Part shown: positions 9,311 through 18,894 of the stretch, one piece after another
Numbering within the stretch: the stretch's first letter is position 1
How the letters are laid out: the number at the start of each line of letters is the position of its first letter
The notes under the pieces: model-generated
The model's input: the letters and a program-made list of their open reading frames with translations, nothing else
What the model was told of the DNA's origin: nothing
The model's database searches: none
Position numbers and translations under genes: made by a program
Virus record (IMG/VR): IMGVR_UViG_3300006923_000016
Span: 1-64,000 of that record
Length of the DNA: 64,000 nt
Source of the DNA: an uncultured virus (IMG/VR IMGVR_UViG_3300006923_000016)
Taxonomy: Duplodnaviria; Heunggongvirae; Uroviricota; Caudoviricetes
Strand: one strand, 5' to 3'

Positions 9311-9627
9311 TGTTCCTAGTCTCAGCTCCAATGCCTCAGCGATCACCTAGAACAATCTTTAGGCCTATCATCGTTGATCTAAACTGGCTAAGAGCAAGGG
9401 TAGGAGACAATACTCCTTGGGTTAACGCCTCAACTAGCTACAGATGGAAAATCTTGGAGATTGATACAGGGGAAACCCAGGTTGATTTCCTTGACATTAT
9501 TTTGTTAGCTTTTGAAATAGGTGCAGAGTTAAAGAACTGTACCTTAGAAATCGATGAAACCACAGAGACATTGGTCCTTGGAATTCACCGTCCTCCTATT
9601 CCCTGGCGTCCAGTCAGACATAAGTAG
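9310..9627 (+). CDS. Hypothetical protein, MLLIS-like N-terminus (MFLVS)
   Basis: 105 aa; TAATG coupling with the upstream stop. Confidence 0.65.
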   Translation: MFLVSAPMPQRSPRTIFRPIIVDLNWLRARVGDNTPWVNASTSYRWKILEIDTGETQVDFLDIILLAFEIGAELKNCTLEIDETTETLVLGIHRPPIPWRPVRHK

Positions 9628-9654
9628 CTTTGCCCAAAGCAGAAAGAAGTTATC

Positions 9655-9975
9655 ATGACTATAAAGTTTAACCATCGTAACGTCGCTGGTGGTTACATCA
9701 CTATCGCATTCAACGAAACAGGCTCTGATACAGTTGAATATGGAGTTGCCTTCTGTTCTCCAGAAGACCATTCCAATTTCCGACGAGCTAAGGGTCGTAT
9801 GATTGCAACTAATCGCCTTGAATCCCGCAAGCGTATTGGAATCATTCCTATTCCAGAAGACACTGACCTGATTGTTGAATCCATCATTCAAGACATCGAG
9901 TCAGGCAATTATCAAACTCCTGCCTATAGGGAAGGTGAAGACCTAGCTCCAAAGTGGTTCTTCGGTACATTTTAA
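9655..9975 (+). CDS. Hypothetical phage protein
   Basis: 106 aa; GVAFCSPED-F-RAKGR-IA-RL pattern. Confidence 0.75.
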   Translation: MTIKFNHRNVAGGYITIAFNETGSDTVEYGVAFCSPEDHSNFRRAKGRMIATNRLESRKRIGIIPIPEDTDLIVESIIQDIESGNYQTPAYREGEDLAPKWFFGTF

Positions 9976-9977
9976 GA

Positions 9978-10054
9978 GGCCGCCTAGCCCAACTGGCAGA
10001 GGCAACGTTTTCAAACAACGTACAGTCCGAGTTCGAACCTCGGGGCGGCTACCA
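9978..10054 (+). tRNA. tRNA-Leu(CAA) with short variable loop
   Basis: Acceptor GGCCGCC/GGCGGCT, anticodon stem ACGTT/AACGT with loop TT-CAA-AC, T arm CCGAG-TTCGAAC-CTCGG, 3' ACCA. Confidence 0.9.
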
Positions 10055-10078
10055 TTCTTTTAACTAGAGGTAATAGCC

Positions 10079-10888
10079 ATGACCCGCATCGCCGTCTTCG
10101 GTGATGTCCACGGACATCTGCCAGTACTAGAAGTACTGTTTGACCGAGTAAATTCAAAGTACAAGCCTGATCAATGGTATAGCTGTGGTGATCTCTGTGA
10201 TAGAGGTCCAGACACTCCTGGCGTGGTTCAGTTCTGCATCGACAATAAGATCGAAGCAGTCTTAGGTAACCACGATGAGTGGCTACTGTCCGCCATCCGT
10301 AATGGCTTCAATGATCATATGCTTACAAGCACATGGTTGTATCCCTCTAATGGTGGACGTGAAACCGTAACCCAATACGGAGGGAACATCGTCATAGGCG
10401 GTAACGCCTGGGGTGGCCTTACTTATGGGGTCCATGACTTCAAGGTCCCCTCATCACATGAAGAGTACCTCTTCACCAGACCCACAGTCATTGAGACTGA
10501 GTATGGGTATGTTCTTCACGGAGGTATTGGTCCACAGCATGTCAAGCAAGCAGCCAATCAGATAAGAATGAAGCTTCGCAACCAGGGGCAGATCATTGAT
10601 AGACCAGAGGCTATGAAACTTGTTACTCCGTTTGATTGTGAAGAAGACACTATCAGATGGTTTAACCCAGGAAGGAACGCAGCCTACAAGGCTGTACACT
10701 ACTGGCACTTCGATAAGCCTCAGATTGTTGGCCACATTGGGGTCGACAAGCCAGTAATCAGTGACAATCATATTGCCCTAGACACAGGCTGCTCCTGGGA
10801 TGATGGAGCACTCACTGCCATAATTCTGCCCGAACGTAAGTTCGTGACAGTAACCAAGGAAGAAATCTATGGAAACCCCACAGCATAA
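10079..10888 (+). CDS. Calcineurin-like metallophosphoesterase (Ser/Thr protein phosphatase / ApaH family)
   Basis: GDVHG, GDLCDRG, GNHD, HGG, VGH, LDTG motifs. Confidence 0.92.
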   Translation: MTRIAVFGDVHGHLPVLEVLFDRVNSKYKPDQWYSCGDLCDRGPDTPGVVQFCIDNKIEAVLGNHDEWLLSAIRNGFNDHMLTSTWLYPSNGGRETVTQYGGNIVIGGNAWGGLTYGVHDFKVPSSHEEYLFTRPTVIETEYGYVLHGGIGPQHVKQAANQIRMKLRNQGQIIDRPEAMKLVTPFDCEEDTIRWFNPGRNAAYKAVHYWHFDKPQIVGHIGVDKPVISDNHIALDTGCSWDDGALTAIILPERKFVTVTKEEIYGNPTA

Positions 10889-12074
10889 TATCCTTGGTAG
10901 CCAAGGAATAGATACTTATCCTCCCTATAAAGATACTATTCCACCCCTGATACGGGGAACCGCCAGTTTCGTTAAAGAGGCTGGCGGTTTCTTGTATCTA
11001 GTGGGAGGCTGCGTACGTGACCTACTATGGGACAAGTCTCCCTATGACTGGGACTGTGAAGCCTTTGGCCTAACCGAAGATCAGCTTGAGCTTGTCCTTA
11101 AGAACGTCGCCGCTTACTACCTTGGCAACATCAAGAAGCTCCAACGAGTAGGAAAGCTCTTTCCCGTATGGAAGCTAAGTGCCATGGACATTGCCCTTCC
11201 ACGTAAGGAGCGCAAGATTGCTGCTGGACATACTGGCTTTGACATTGAAGTAGATCCTTTCATGTCTCTAAGAAGCGCAGCTGAACGCAGAGACCTAACG
11301 GTCAATGCTATCTACCTTGATCCTCTCACAGGTGAAATACATGACCCAGTTGGTGGGAGACAAGATCTCTTCAACCATCTGGCTAGGCCTGTGTCTCCTA
11401 GGTTTAAAGAAGACCCTCTTCGAGTCATGAGAGCAGCTCAGTTCTGCTCTAGGTTTAGCCTACTCCCAACACAAGACCTAATTGGATACTCTATTGAGCT
11501 TCAAGAAGAATTTGATTCTCTTTCTATAGAACGTATCCATACCGAATGGGACAAGCTCCTACAACAGGGAGCACACCCATCCTATGGACTTCTTTTTCTA
11601 CAGAAATGTGGGTGGTCTAAGTTCTTCTGGAAGGGTAAGGTAAGCTATCAGCCTCCTAACCCATTCCACACTGCTAGAGATCATCTAGCTATGCTCTATG
11701 GGTCGGCTAACTCAGTCAATGTACCGTTCATTACTGCACGTACTTCAGATCTAAAGTTCATAACAGCACTAAGTAGTGCCTATTCAGCCCTTGAGGTTGG
11801 TGAGTATGACTGCAAGTTTGCTATAGCCCTTAGGCTTTGTTCTAAAGCCATAGACAACGTCTCTCTTCTGAAATGTTGGGCTATAGCCAAGGAACAAAAC
11901 ATTTCCGTATGGCTAGAGATGCTACATGAAGAAAAGATCTGGCGATCCTCTCACCCACCCAAGACCAACGGGACAGTTCTTGTGGACATGGGTTTCAAAG
12001 GGTCAGCAATTAAAAAAGAACTAGATAGACTCTATGTTCAGCAAATGGAGGCCCTCGATGATGTGTCAATGTGA
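10869..12074 (+). CDS. cca: tRNA nucleotidyltransferase (class II CCA-adding enzyme)
   Basis: YLVGGCVRD, DWD, ALPRKERK..GHTGF loop, RRDLTVNA, EDPLRVMRA, ERI--EW-K. Confidence 0.9.
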   Translation: METPQHNILGSQGIDTYPPYKDTIPPLIRGTASFVKEAGGFLYLVGGCVRDLLWDKSPYDWDCEAFGLTEDQLELVLKNVAAYYLGNIKKLQRVGKLFPVWKLSAMDIALPRKERKIAAGHTGFDIEVDPFMSLRSAAERRDLTVNAIYLDPLTGEIHDPVGGRQDLFNHLARPVSPRFKEDPLRVMRAAQFCSRFSLLPTQDLIGYSIELQEEFDSLSIERIHTEWDKLLQQGAHPSYGLLFLQKCGWSKFFWKGKVSYQPPNPFHTARDHLAMLYGSANSVNVPFITARTSDLKFITALSSAYSALEVGEYDCKFAIALRLCSKAIDNVSLLKCWAIAKEQNISVWLEMLHEEKIWRSSHPPKTNGTVLVDMGFKGSAIKKELDRLYVQQMEALDDVSM

Positions 12075-12267
12075 CTGTCTAACTTGTCGTGATGATATCC
12101 TATGGCTTCAACGAGCCGTTCGTCGCCTTGACGAAAGAATTTCAAATCTTATAGATAACACCTCTTTTACTCAAATTCCCAAAGGTGTACAGGCTGCTGC
12201 TGTTGAAGCACCAGATATCGGAGTAAAGCATGTGGACCCGTTCAGCATCCCCAACAAAGAATCCTGA
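12058..12267 (+). CDS. Hypothetical protein
   Basis: Short ORF with CxCxxC start and a coiled segment. Confidence 0.5.
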   Translation: MMCQCDCLTCRDDILWLQRAVRRLDERISNLIDNTSFTQIPKGVQAAAVEAPDIGVKHVDPFSIPNKES

Positions 12268-13072
12268 TCCTTGGGACTGTGGGGACTATGATGACACCAC
12301 GCACTGGCCCATGGGACAAGACTTTGTTCTTGTCTCAGAGAACGATGGCATCTATACCTATCTAGCAGAGTTCACCCCAGGAATGGTATGGGACCCTACA
12401 TGGATAGGTAAAAGACACCTCGTTATGGGCTTGTGGGAAACACTCTCTCATGTCACAGACAAACTGCCAGATAACCTATCTCTTAAGGTTATAGGTAATG
12501 CAGCAAACTCCTATGTCTTTAACTCTAATCAAGAGGTTCTAGACTTTGATGTGTTGTTGTACAAAAGAGTTAATTCTGATCAAGAAATCTCACTCTTTAA
12601 CCTTGAAGGAATCATGACATCTGTTGCTAGGGGACTCTCTGATGAGTCAGCCTTCGTAAGAAACAGGGCTGTCAGTTGGACCAAGAGTGGTTTCGATGGA
12701 AGCTATGTCATTGAGTGGACGTGTAAGGGTCTTCCCCGACCCGTTCAAATTCGCATTCTTCCTCACAATGGTACACTTAAAGAGTACATGACTGCCTGTC
12801 AATGGGGAGAAGACTCCATAGCCTTAGCTATTAAGGAGCTTCCTCCTAAGGGCAACCTCTATTTCATGTCAACACTTAAAGTAGATGCACTCCTTCATGG
12901 ACAGTGGCTTCATCTTACTGATGCCCACGAACCTGACCCGTCTGTGACTATTTCAGCAGGCATGGAACTTTGCAAACTATCAGGGAAAAGAATTCACATG
13001 GATGACTTCAATACCCTAGTCGGACTAGTAGGACTACAACATGACGAAGGACTCGAATTCATCGGAACCTAA
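12230..13072 (+). CDS. Hypothetical protein, possible divergent nucleotidyltransferase fold
   Basis: 280 aa; VIGNAA...DFDVL resembles the hG[G/S]...DxD motif. Confidence 0.6.
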   Translation: MWTRSASPTKNPDPWDCGDYDDTTHWPMGQDFVLVSENDGIYTYLAEFTPGMVWDPTWIGKRHLVMGLWETLSHVTDKLPDNLSLKVIGNAANSYVFNSNQEVLDFDVLLYKRVNSDQEISLFNLEGIMTSVARGLSDESAFVRNRAVSWTKSGFDGSYVIEWTCKGLPRPVQIRILPHNGTLKEYMTACQWGEDSIALAIKELPPKGNLYFMSTLKVDALLHGQWLHLTDAHEPDPSVTISAGMELCKLSGKRIHMDDFNTLVGLVGLQHDEGLEFIGT

Positions 13073-13739
13073 GAAGCCTAACCTTCCTGAAGGAATGGAG
13101 TTGGTTCCGGCAGATGGTTTTACTATTCCCATACGAAAACATCTTGATGCAATTGATGACATCGAGTATCTCCTAGCAGGTCCAGGTTTAACTAGCGATG
13201 TCTATGACATTAGTGCCCTTCCAAACACAGGCAAGATGTATTTTCTATTCACCAAAGACGTGGATAAAGTAGTAACATACTTTAATGATCTTGATGAGTT
13301 CACAGCCGGTAAGACACGAGATATCTTTAACGCATTTTTCGCTTGCGATGCTTATGTTTTCGGAGTCTTGGACCCCAGTACGAAAATTCCTCAAGGCTTT
13401 AGGCAAGAGAATCTTAGACCAACAAGCGCTGACTGCCTCGCAAGATTCACCAAGGTTGATGACGTCGAGCAACTCATGGTCCTCAAGCCAATCACCATCC
13501 CCACAACTGTAGGGTGGTCAAACCTAGTCTTAAGTAAAGACTATCTTAAGCTATTCTTTATGTCATTTATTCAAATGACGATCAAAAGCTTAGCAAGGAT
13601 GGGTTATGCCTTGGATGAAAAACTGTTAAGGGACATCTTCACCTATAGATGTTCTCTTCAGTATGTAGAACCAACCCCCAGGATGTGGCAAGCATTCCTT
13701 AAAGAATTTCCAGTAGAAAGGGTAACTCAAATTTCATGA
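13041..13739 (+). CDS. Hypothetical protein
   Basis: 232 aa ORF coupled to neighbours. Confidence 0.75.
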   Translation: MTKDSNSSEPKKPNLPEGMELVPADGFTIPIRKHLDAIDDIEYLLAGPGLTSDVYDISALPNTGKMYFLFTKDVDKVVTYFNDLDEFTAGKTRDIFNAFFACDAYVFGVLDPSTKIPQGFRQENLRPTSADCLARFTKVDDVEQLMVLKPITIPTTVGWSNLVLSKDYLKLFFMSFIQMTIKSLARMGYALDEKLLRDIFTYRCSLQYVEPTPRMWQAFLKEFPVERVTQIS

Positions 13740-14887
13740 AGCTTTCAGATTTCAAAAAGATCGCACAAGTCTGTATTACCGCTGATGTTCCATGCAGAGT
13801 GTGGGGTCCAGGCGGAATCGGCAAGTCACAACTACTCCAACAGCTAGCCGAAGAGCTAGGTATGAATTTCGAAGACCTTCGTCTCGCTACCCAAGAGGTA
13901 GGTGACCTTATTGGTCTTCCAGAAATTATTGTCATGGGTGACGACAAGCACGTCACTAGCTGGGCACAGCCATCATGGCTTGCTAAGATTTGGACCCTCC
14001 ACCACCAAGGCGTAGCAACAATCCTAGCCTTGGAAGAGAAAGCACGAGCACCCAAAGAGGTAACTCAGGCAGCTTTCCAAATCCTCACAGAGAAGAAGCT
14101 TCACCAGTATGAACTTCCTCCCGACTGTAGACTCTTCGCCTTGGACAATCCTCCAACAGAAGAATACCAAGTCACACCAGCTGACAGAGCAGAGAATACT
14201 CGTTGGGCAAATGTCTACGTCACAGCAGACGCTATTGACTGGATTGAAAACTACGGAGTTCTCCATGCTTCCGAAGAGCTAACCGCTTTTATCGCAGGCA
14301 ACAAGGAAGCCCTTTGCGCCAAGGACAAGAAGCAATGGAACGTCGAAACAGTCATCTACAATGTACCCAGAACGTGGGTACTTGCTGACCGCATCTGGAA
14401 AACCATCAAGCCTAATCTTGATCCAGATGACGAAGGACAACACATCCTTCTACTCACCGCTATTGGAGCTTGCGTAGGTAGTGGCCCAGCCACACTGTTC
14501 GTTGACTCTCTTGTCAATGAATGGGTTTCTATGGAAGAACTCCTTACTGGAGAAAAGACCTACGAAGATGTCAGAGACAAGCCAGAGCTGAGAGTTCGGG
14601 CCTTCCACCAGTTCCTTCACTTCCTTGACGATAAGGACCTTCTCCTAGAGAGTGGTCAAATGGATAAGGAACGTATCACTCGCTTTGGAGAGTTCATCGT
14701 TGGACTAGACAGCGAAGGGTATAGAGATCTATCCGTGAGCCTACTCAAGAAGTTCATGAGCAAGAAAACTACCGAAGGTAAGAGCTCTAACATCGTTAAG
14801 ATGCTCTTCAAATATGGACCTAAGTCCATTACCAAGCTAGTGATTGACACTGGCAACGATATCTCTAATTCGAACGAGGACTACTAA
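13736..14887 (+). CDS. MoxR-like AAA+ ATPase
   Basis: Walker A GPGGIGKS, DLRL...GDLIGLP, variant Walker B LALEE; next to a DUF2201/vWA gene. Confidence 0.85.
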   Translation: MKLSDFKKIAQVCITADVPCRVWGPGGIGKSQLLQQLAEELGMNFEDLRLATQEVGDLIGLPEIIVMGDDKHVTSWAQPSWLAKIWTLHHQGVATILALEEKARAPKEVTQAAFQILTEKKLHQYELPPDCRLFALDNPPTEEYQVTPADRAENTRWANVYVTADAIDWIENYGVLHASEELTAFIAGNKEALCAKDKKQWNVETVIYNVPRTWVLADRIWKTIKPNLDPDDEGQHILLLTAIGACVGSGPATLFVDSLVNEWVSMEELLTGEKTYEDVRDKPELRVRAFHQFLHFLDDKDLLLESGQMDKERITRFGEFIVGLDSEGYRDLSVSLLKKFMSKKTTEGKSSNIVKMLFKYGPKSITKLVIDTGNDISNSNEDY

Positions 14888-16089
14888 TGTCTTTAGACGA
14901 AGCAACAAGCAAGGTTCGATCTGCTATCGCGCAGCTCCTTATGTCTAAGGAAACCAACTGGTGGGGTTTCTTGCTGTGTAGTTTCGATCTAGAAGCAACC
15001 AATAGTTGTCCTACCATGGGTATTACATTCAATCTGAATACCCTTCGACCAAAAATCATATTCTCTCCACACTTTGTCCTACAGCTACCAACAGGAGAAG
15101 TGGGAGGTGTCCTCATACATGAGGCTCTCCACTATCTTCAGATGGTTTTCTTAAGACAAGGATTGAGAGAAATGAAAGAATGGAATGTCGCAGCAGACAT
15201 GCCCATCAACTGGCAAATCGACACCATCCTAGGTGAACATGCCAAGACTGACTGGGGCAAGAAGATTCGACTGCCCAACACATGGACCAATGAAAAAGGT
15301 GAAGAATGCAAGCCAGTCCGCGTACCAGACTCTATCGCAAACAATGAGCGTTATGCTGAGTGGCTCTATGCCAACATGAATGAGCATGAAGACCTCAAGG
15401 AGACAATGAGCAAGGTGGGAACTGAATACTTCCTTGTCGATGATCATTCCCTATGGGGTGACTTCAACAAGATTCCAGAGGAAGTTCTCAAGAGCGGTAT
15501 CGTTAAGTCAATCAATGATGCATCCAACACCGCAGGCACTATGCCAGGTGGAGTTAAACAAATCTTAGACCGTCTTCTTGACAGTAAAGTTTCATGGAAC
15601 CAAGAATTAAAAGATTTCGTTGGTCAGAACCAAGTCATCGGCAAGAGACAGAGTTGGAAGAAAACATCCCGTAGGTTTGGTAAGAGACAGCCAGGGAAGC
15701 TTGTGCTTCGATCTGGGGTCATTGTATTCATAATGGATACCTCAGCGTCAATGTCAGAAGAAGAGCTCGAACAGGGCCTTGCAGAAGCTGATGCGCTATC
15801 AACGATGTTCGACGTATGGATTGTTGACTGCGACACCAAGGTTCAGAGGGTCTATAAATACAGGCGAGGGCTTGAACTATCAGTCAAGGGAGGAGGAGGG
15901 ACAAACGTTAACCCTGCCCTTAAGCACGCAGACATAAAACTAAGAGCCGACATGATTATCTGTTTCACAGATGGCGGACTCTTTGAAAAGCCTATCGATA
16001 CTAGAGCCAAGCAGCTGTATGTCATCACGAAAGGAGGCACTACTTCCTATGTCGAGAACAAGCGACACGTCAAAATTGAGGATGATTAA
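14887..16089 (+). CDS. DUF2201-type metallopeptidase-vWA protein
   Basis: HEALH (HExxH), WNVAADMPIN, C-terminal MDTSASM MIDAS, GGGGT, FTDG. Confidence 0.87.
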   Translation: MSLDEATSKVRSAIAQLLMSKETNWWGFLLCSFDLEATNSCPTMGITFNLNTLRPKIIFSPHFVLQLPTGEVGGVLIHEALHYLQMVFLRQGLREMKEWNVAADMPINWQIDTILGEHAKTDWGKKIRLPNTWTNEKGEECKPVRVPDSIANNERYAEWLYANMNEHEDLKETMSKVGTEYFLVDDHSLWGDFNKIPEEVLKSGIVKSINDASNTAGTMPGGVKQILDRLLDSKVSWNQELKDFVGQNQVIGKRQSWKKTSRRFGKRQPGKLVLRSGVIVFIMDTSASMSEEELEQGLAEADALSTMFDVWIVDCDTKVQRVYKYRRGLELSVKGGGGTNVNPALKHADIKLRADMIICFTDGGLFEKPIDTRAKQLYVITKGGTTSYVENKRHVKIEDD

Positions 16090-16708
16090 AAGTACAGAAG
16101 CTTTCCTCCAAGAAGACAAACGCCCCAAGAAGAGAACTCTTCAATTAGCTTACTATGAGAAAGTCGCTCTCTTTTCTGGTTTTGAACCAATACATGTATT
16201 AGACATGCCAAGCGCCAACGTCCAGTTAAGCATGGAGATGATGAATGATTCTGGTATCAGCTTCGATAGCTACACAGCTGTTGAATACGACCCGGCAGTC
16301 GCAAAGAGGATTACTAGGGAAGTTAATCATCTGGCACAAGACCGAGGGATTCGACGGGTATCCACACAGACCGGTGATGTACTGGAGGTACTTGATTCGA
16401 GATGCTGTACCAAGAATAATAATGCACCGATTGGATTCTTCAACTTGGATTTCTGCGGGGCGATGGGAAAGAGCTGGAGGTCATTCATGCTCCCACATCT
16501 TCTTGATAAAAATGGATCCGACAAGTTCGCCCTTGCCCTCACCTTTTGTCCTAGGTCGCCGTCTAGACCTGTCAAAAAAGCCGACCATGCCCTTAGGGTT
16601 ATCGCCCCAGAGTTCTATGGGCTCGACTTAGTCTATTTGGAGCAAAATAACTACAGTGATACGTCTGCGATGTGTAGTTGGCTAGTGTTCTATAAAAAGA
16701 GGAAATAA
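16082..16708 (+). CDS. Possible SAM-dependent methyltransferase-fold protein
   Basis: VLDMPS, YTAVEYD, TGDVLE, FNLDFCG spacing; ATG 16082 after GAGG. Confidence 0.5.
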   Translation: MIKSTEAFLQEDKRPKKRTLQLAYYEKVALFSGFEPIHVLDMPSANVQLSMEMMNDSGISFDSYTAVEYDPAVAKRITREVNHLAQDRGIRRVSTQTGDVLEVLDSRCCTKNNNAPIGFFNLDFCGAMGKSWRSFMLPHLLDKNGSDKFALALTFCPRSPSRPVKKADHALRVIAPEFYGLDLVYLEQNNYSDTSAMCSWLVFYKKRK

Positions 16709-17277
16709 TGTCAGAAGAAAAGACCGATCTCTTGAAAGAGATCAAAGAAAAAGCAGCTTCAGAAGCCGTCAGCTCCATCTGGAACAGCAATATTGAAGTT
16801 CCAATGATAGGAGAAGAGGACGCCCATAGCTATAGACTCACCAATCCACCACACTATGCAATCATGACCTATGTGTTGTATAACGACACGGCTGTGATTG
16901 GTTTGTTCCCTAACATTAACCCTCATGACCCGGAGGATAAGACCTCTACCATTGCGGTGTCTCCCACCAATGTAAGTCATGAAGGGCTAGTAGCAATATT
17001 CGAAGCTTTGTTAGAAGTTAAACCTAATGAAGTAGTCGACGCATCCATCGTTCACTTGAGCGAGGAACAGCTTGCAACGGTTCTAGCTTGTGAGCTAGAC
17101 CAAGACCAAGTTTTCAGTTTCATCTATGCTGGCGAAGGCGAGCGAAACAAATGTTTCGACATGACGACGCTAGTCACTGTGGTGAAAAATATAGAAGACA
17201 TCCCCAAGGAGGAGCTTGATGCTATTTTGTCTCAACAACGTAGTTTACTCAGTAACATCACTGAGCCAAGTAGCTAA
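16708..17277 (+). CDS. Hypothetical acidic protein
   Basis: 189 aa, TAATG coupling, GAGG RBS. Confidence 0.75.
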   Translation: MSEEKTDLLKEIKEKAASEAVSSIWNSNIEVPMIGEEDAHSYRLTNPPHYAIMTYVLYNDTAVIGLFPNINPHDPEDKTSTIAVSPTNVSHEGLVAIFEALLEVKPNEVVDASIVHLSEEQLATVLACELDQDQVFSFIYAGEGERNKCFDMTTLVTVVKNIEDIPKEELDAILSQQRSLLSNITEPSS

Positions 17278-17575
17278 AGCCTTAGGCCTTGAGGATGAGG
17301 ACTATACCATTGTCCTTAGTGTTATCTATGTGACAACGAGCAAAGCTCTTACAGCCAATACGGATACTCTATTGACCTTAGGAATCCACACCGGTGAACT
17401 AGAAAGGGAACAGGGTAACATCCTCACCGAAACCCAAGGCTTTAGAGAATTTTTAACAGCTGTAGAAGCTCAATACCCAACAGTACTTCTTGAAGCCTAT
17501 CAAGTTATGGAGGATGCCAAAGACGGCAAACTCTTACTCGATGGCGGGAAGATTGTTGTTATATCGGAGAAATAA
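17216..17575 (+). CDS. Hypothetical protein
   Basis: About 119 aa ORF, AAGGAGG upstream. Confidence 0.6.
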   Translation: MMLFCLNNVVYSVTSLSQVAKALGLEDEDYTIVLSVIYVTTSKALTANTDTLLTLGIHTGELEREQGNILTETQGFREFLTAVEAQYPTVLLEAYQVMEDAKDGKLLLDGGKIVVISEK

Positions 17576-17577
17576 TT

Positions 17578-17805
17578 TTGTCAAACTACAAGACAATGAG
17601 TGCAGGGCAAAAGGCTGCATTCACCCGAAAGGCACGGCAGAATGCGCGTGCTAACTACCCTATTGGTTACCAAGTTGCTGTACTTATGGCAAATGGAGCC
17701 GATACGGCTTCTTCAATCGTATCTACTCTTGGCCTTACCGACTACCAGGCCAGGGGTTACATGACGCGAGTTCGGAGAGGAGATTTTGACGACTGTAGGC
17801 TTTAA
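17578..17805 (+). CDS. Small putative DNA-binding protein
   Basis: SAGQKAAFTRKAR basic motif and an HTH-like C-terminus. Confidence 0.6.
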   Translation: MSNYKTMSAGQKAAFTRKARQNARANYPIGYQVAVLMANGADTASSIVSTLGLTDYQARGYMTRVRRGDFDDCRL

Positions 17806-17807
17806 GC

Positions 17808-17972
17808 TGACTGTTGTCTTAATCTTAATGGCTGGCTTAGCGGCCTGGTCTGCATCAGACCTAAAACGCTAAGGCGGTAGTCACCGAGGGGGTCTGGGTA
17901 TTTTCAATGCCCGACCCCCGACGTGCCCCAAGTCTGGTAGACTTTAAGGGATGGTCTGAGCAATTAGGCTCA
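17808..17972 (+). ncRNA. Candidate structured RNA or cis-regulatory element upstream of phoH
   Basis: GC-rich intergenic region with consecutive hairpins: CTTAGCG/CGCTAAG enclosing GGTCTG/CAGACC; GGGGGTC-GGGTATT/AATGCCC-GACCCCC; AAGTCT/AGACTT; TGAGC/GCTCA. Confidence 0.5.
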
Positions 17973-17985
17973 ACTCTCTATACAT

Positions 17986-18894
17986 ATGAGGACAATTATT
18001 TTGTCTATACAGGTTGATACACTGAGGACACTCGATGGAGTAGATCCTCAACTGATCAACGACTTGTACCACTCCAAGTCAATACCAGCTGAGCGCTTAA
18101 ATGGGAACGCTCCAAAGTTTCCGCACTCTGCAATCATTCTCAAGAATGGTTCCCAGTCTGTAATCGCAACTTTGTCAGGAGATTCGAAAACGATCAACCT
18201 TCTAACTAAGGTACAGGTCGGAAGCATCGAACCTAGAAATGCAGAACAGTCAGTCTTTGCTAGGCAGCTAATGGACCCCACCATTCCTATCAATATAGGA
18301 ATTGGTCGTGCAGGTACAGGTAAGACACTTCTAGCTTTGGCTGCTGCTTTAGAATTGACTATGGGAAAGGATAGAATCTATGATAGAATCCTTCTCTGTA
18401 AGCCACTTCACACTGTAACTGGACGAAATCTAGGAGCACTGCCTGGTGAGCTTAAAGACAAGATGGACCCCTACATGCAGTCCTATATGGACCAAGTAGA
18501 AGTCATTCTTGGAGCAAGAGGAAAGGGCTGGGTCAAGGGAATGCTTTTCCAAGGACAGTTAGAGTTCATTCCTTTTGAGTACATGCGAGGACGTTCTTTA
18601 AGAAACTCCTTTATCATTGGTGACGAGCTCCAGAACCTAGACAATCACGAGATGGAAACATTTGGTTCACGTCTAAGTGAGGGCAGCAAACTTGTTTTGC
18701 TTGGTGATTTGGGACAAAGAGACAATCTCAATCATAGAAAACCAGGAAGCCGCATCCTTCTTGAACATTGTGGACTTAACACAATGATTACCTCTCCCCA
18801 TGTTCAACAGTCGAGCCTTAGCTCTGTCTGTGTATTGGTGAAGAATGAGAGAAGCGATGTATCTGATCTCATCTACAAGGTTTTCAACGAATAA
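17986..18894 (+). CDS. phoH: PhoH family ATPase
   Basis: PRNAEQ, GRAGTGKTLLA, LGALPG-L-DKM-PY, YMRGRS, DELQN, LLGDLGQRD. Confidence 0.92.
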   Translation: MRTIILSIQVDTLRTLDGVDPQLINDLYHSKSIPAERLNGNAPKFPHSAIILKNGSQSVIATLSGDSKTINLLTKVQVGSIEPRNAEQSVFARQLMDPTIPINIGIGRAGTGKTLLALAAALELTMGKDRIYDRILLCKPLHTVTGRNLGALPGELKDKMDPYMQSYMDQVEVILGARGKGWVKGMLFQGQLEFIPFEYMRGRSLRNSFIIGDELQNLDNHEMETFGSRLSEGSKLVLLGDLGQRDNLNHRKPGSRILLEHCGLNTMITSPHVQQSSLSSVCVLVKNERSDVSDLIYKVFNE

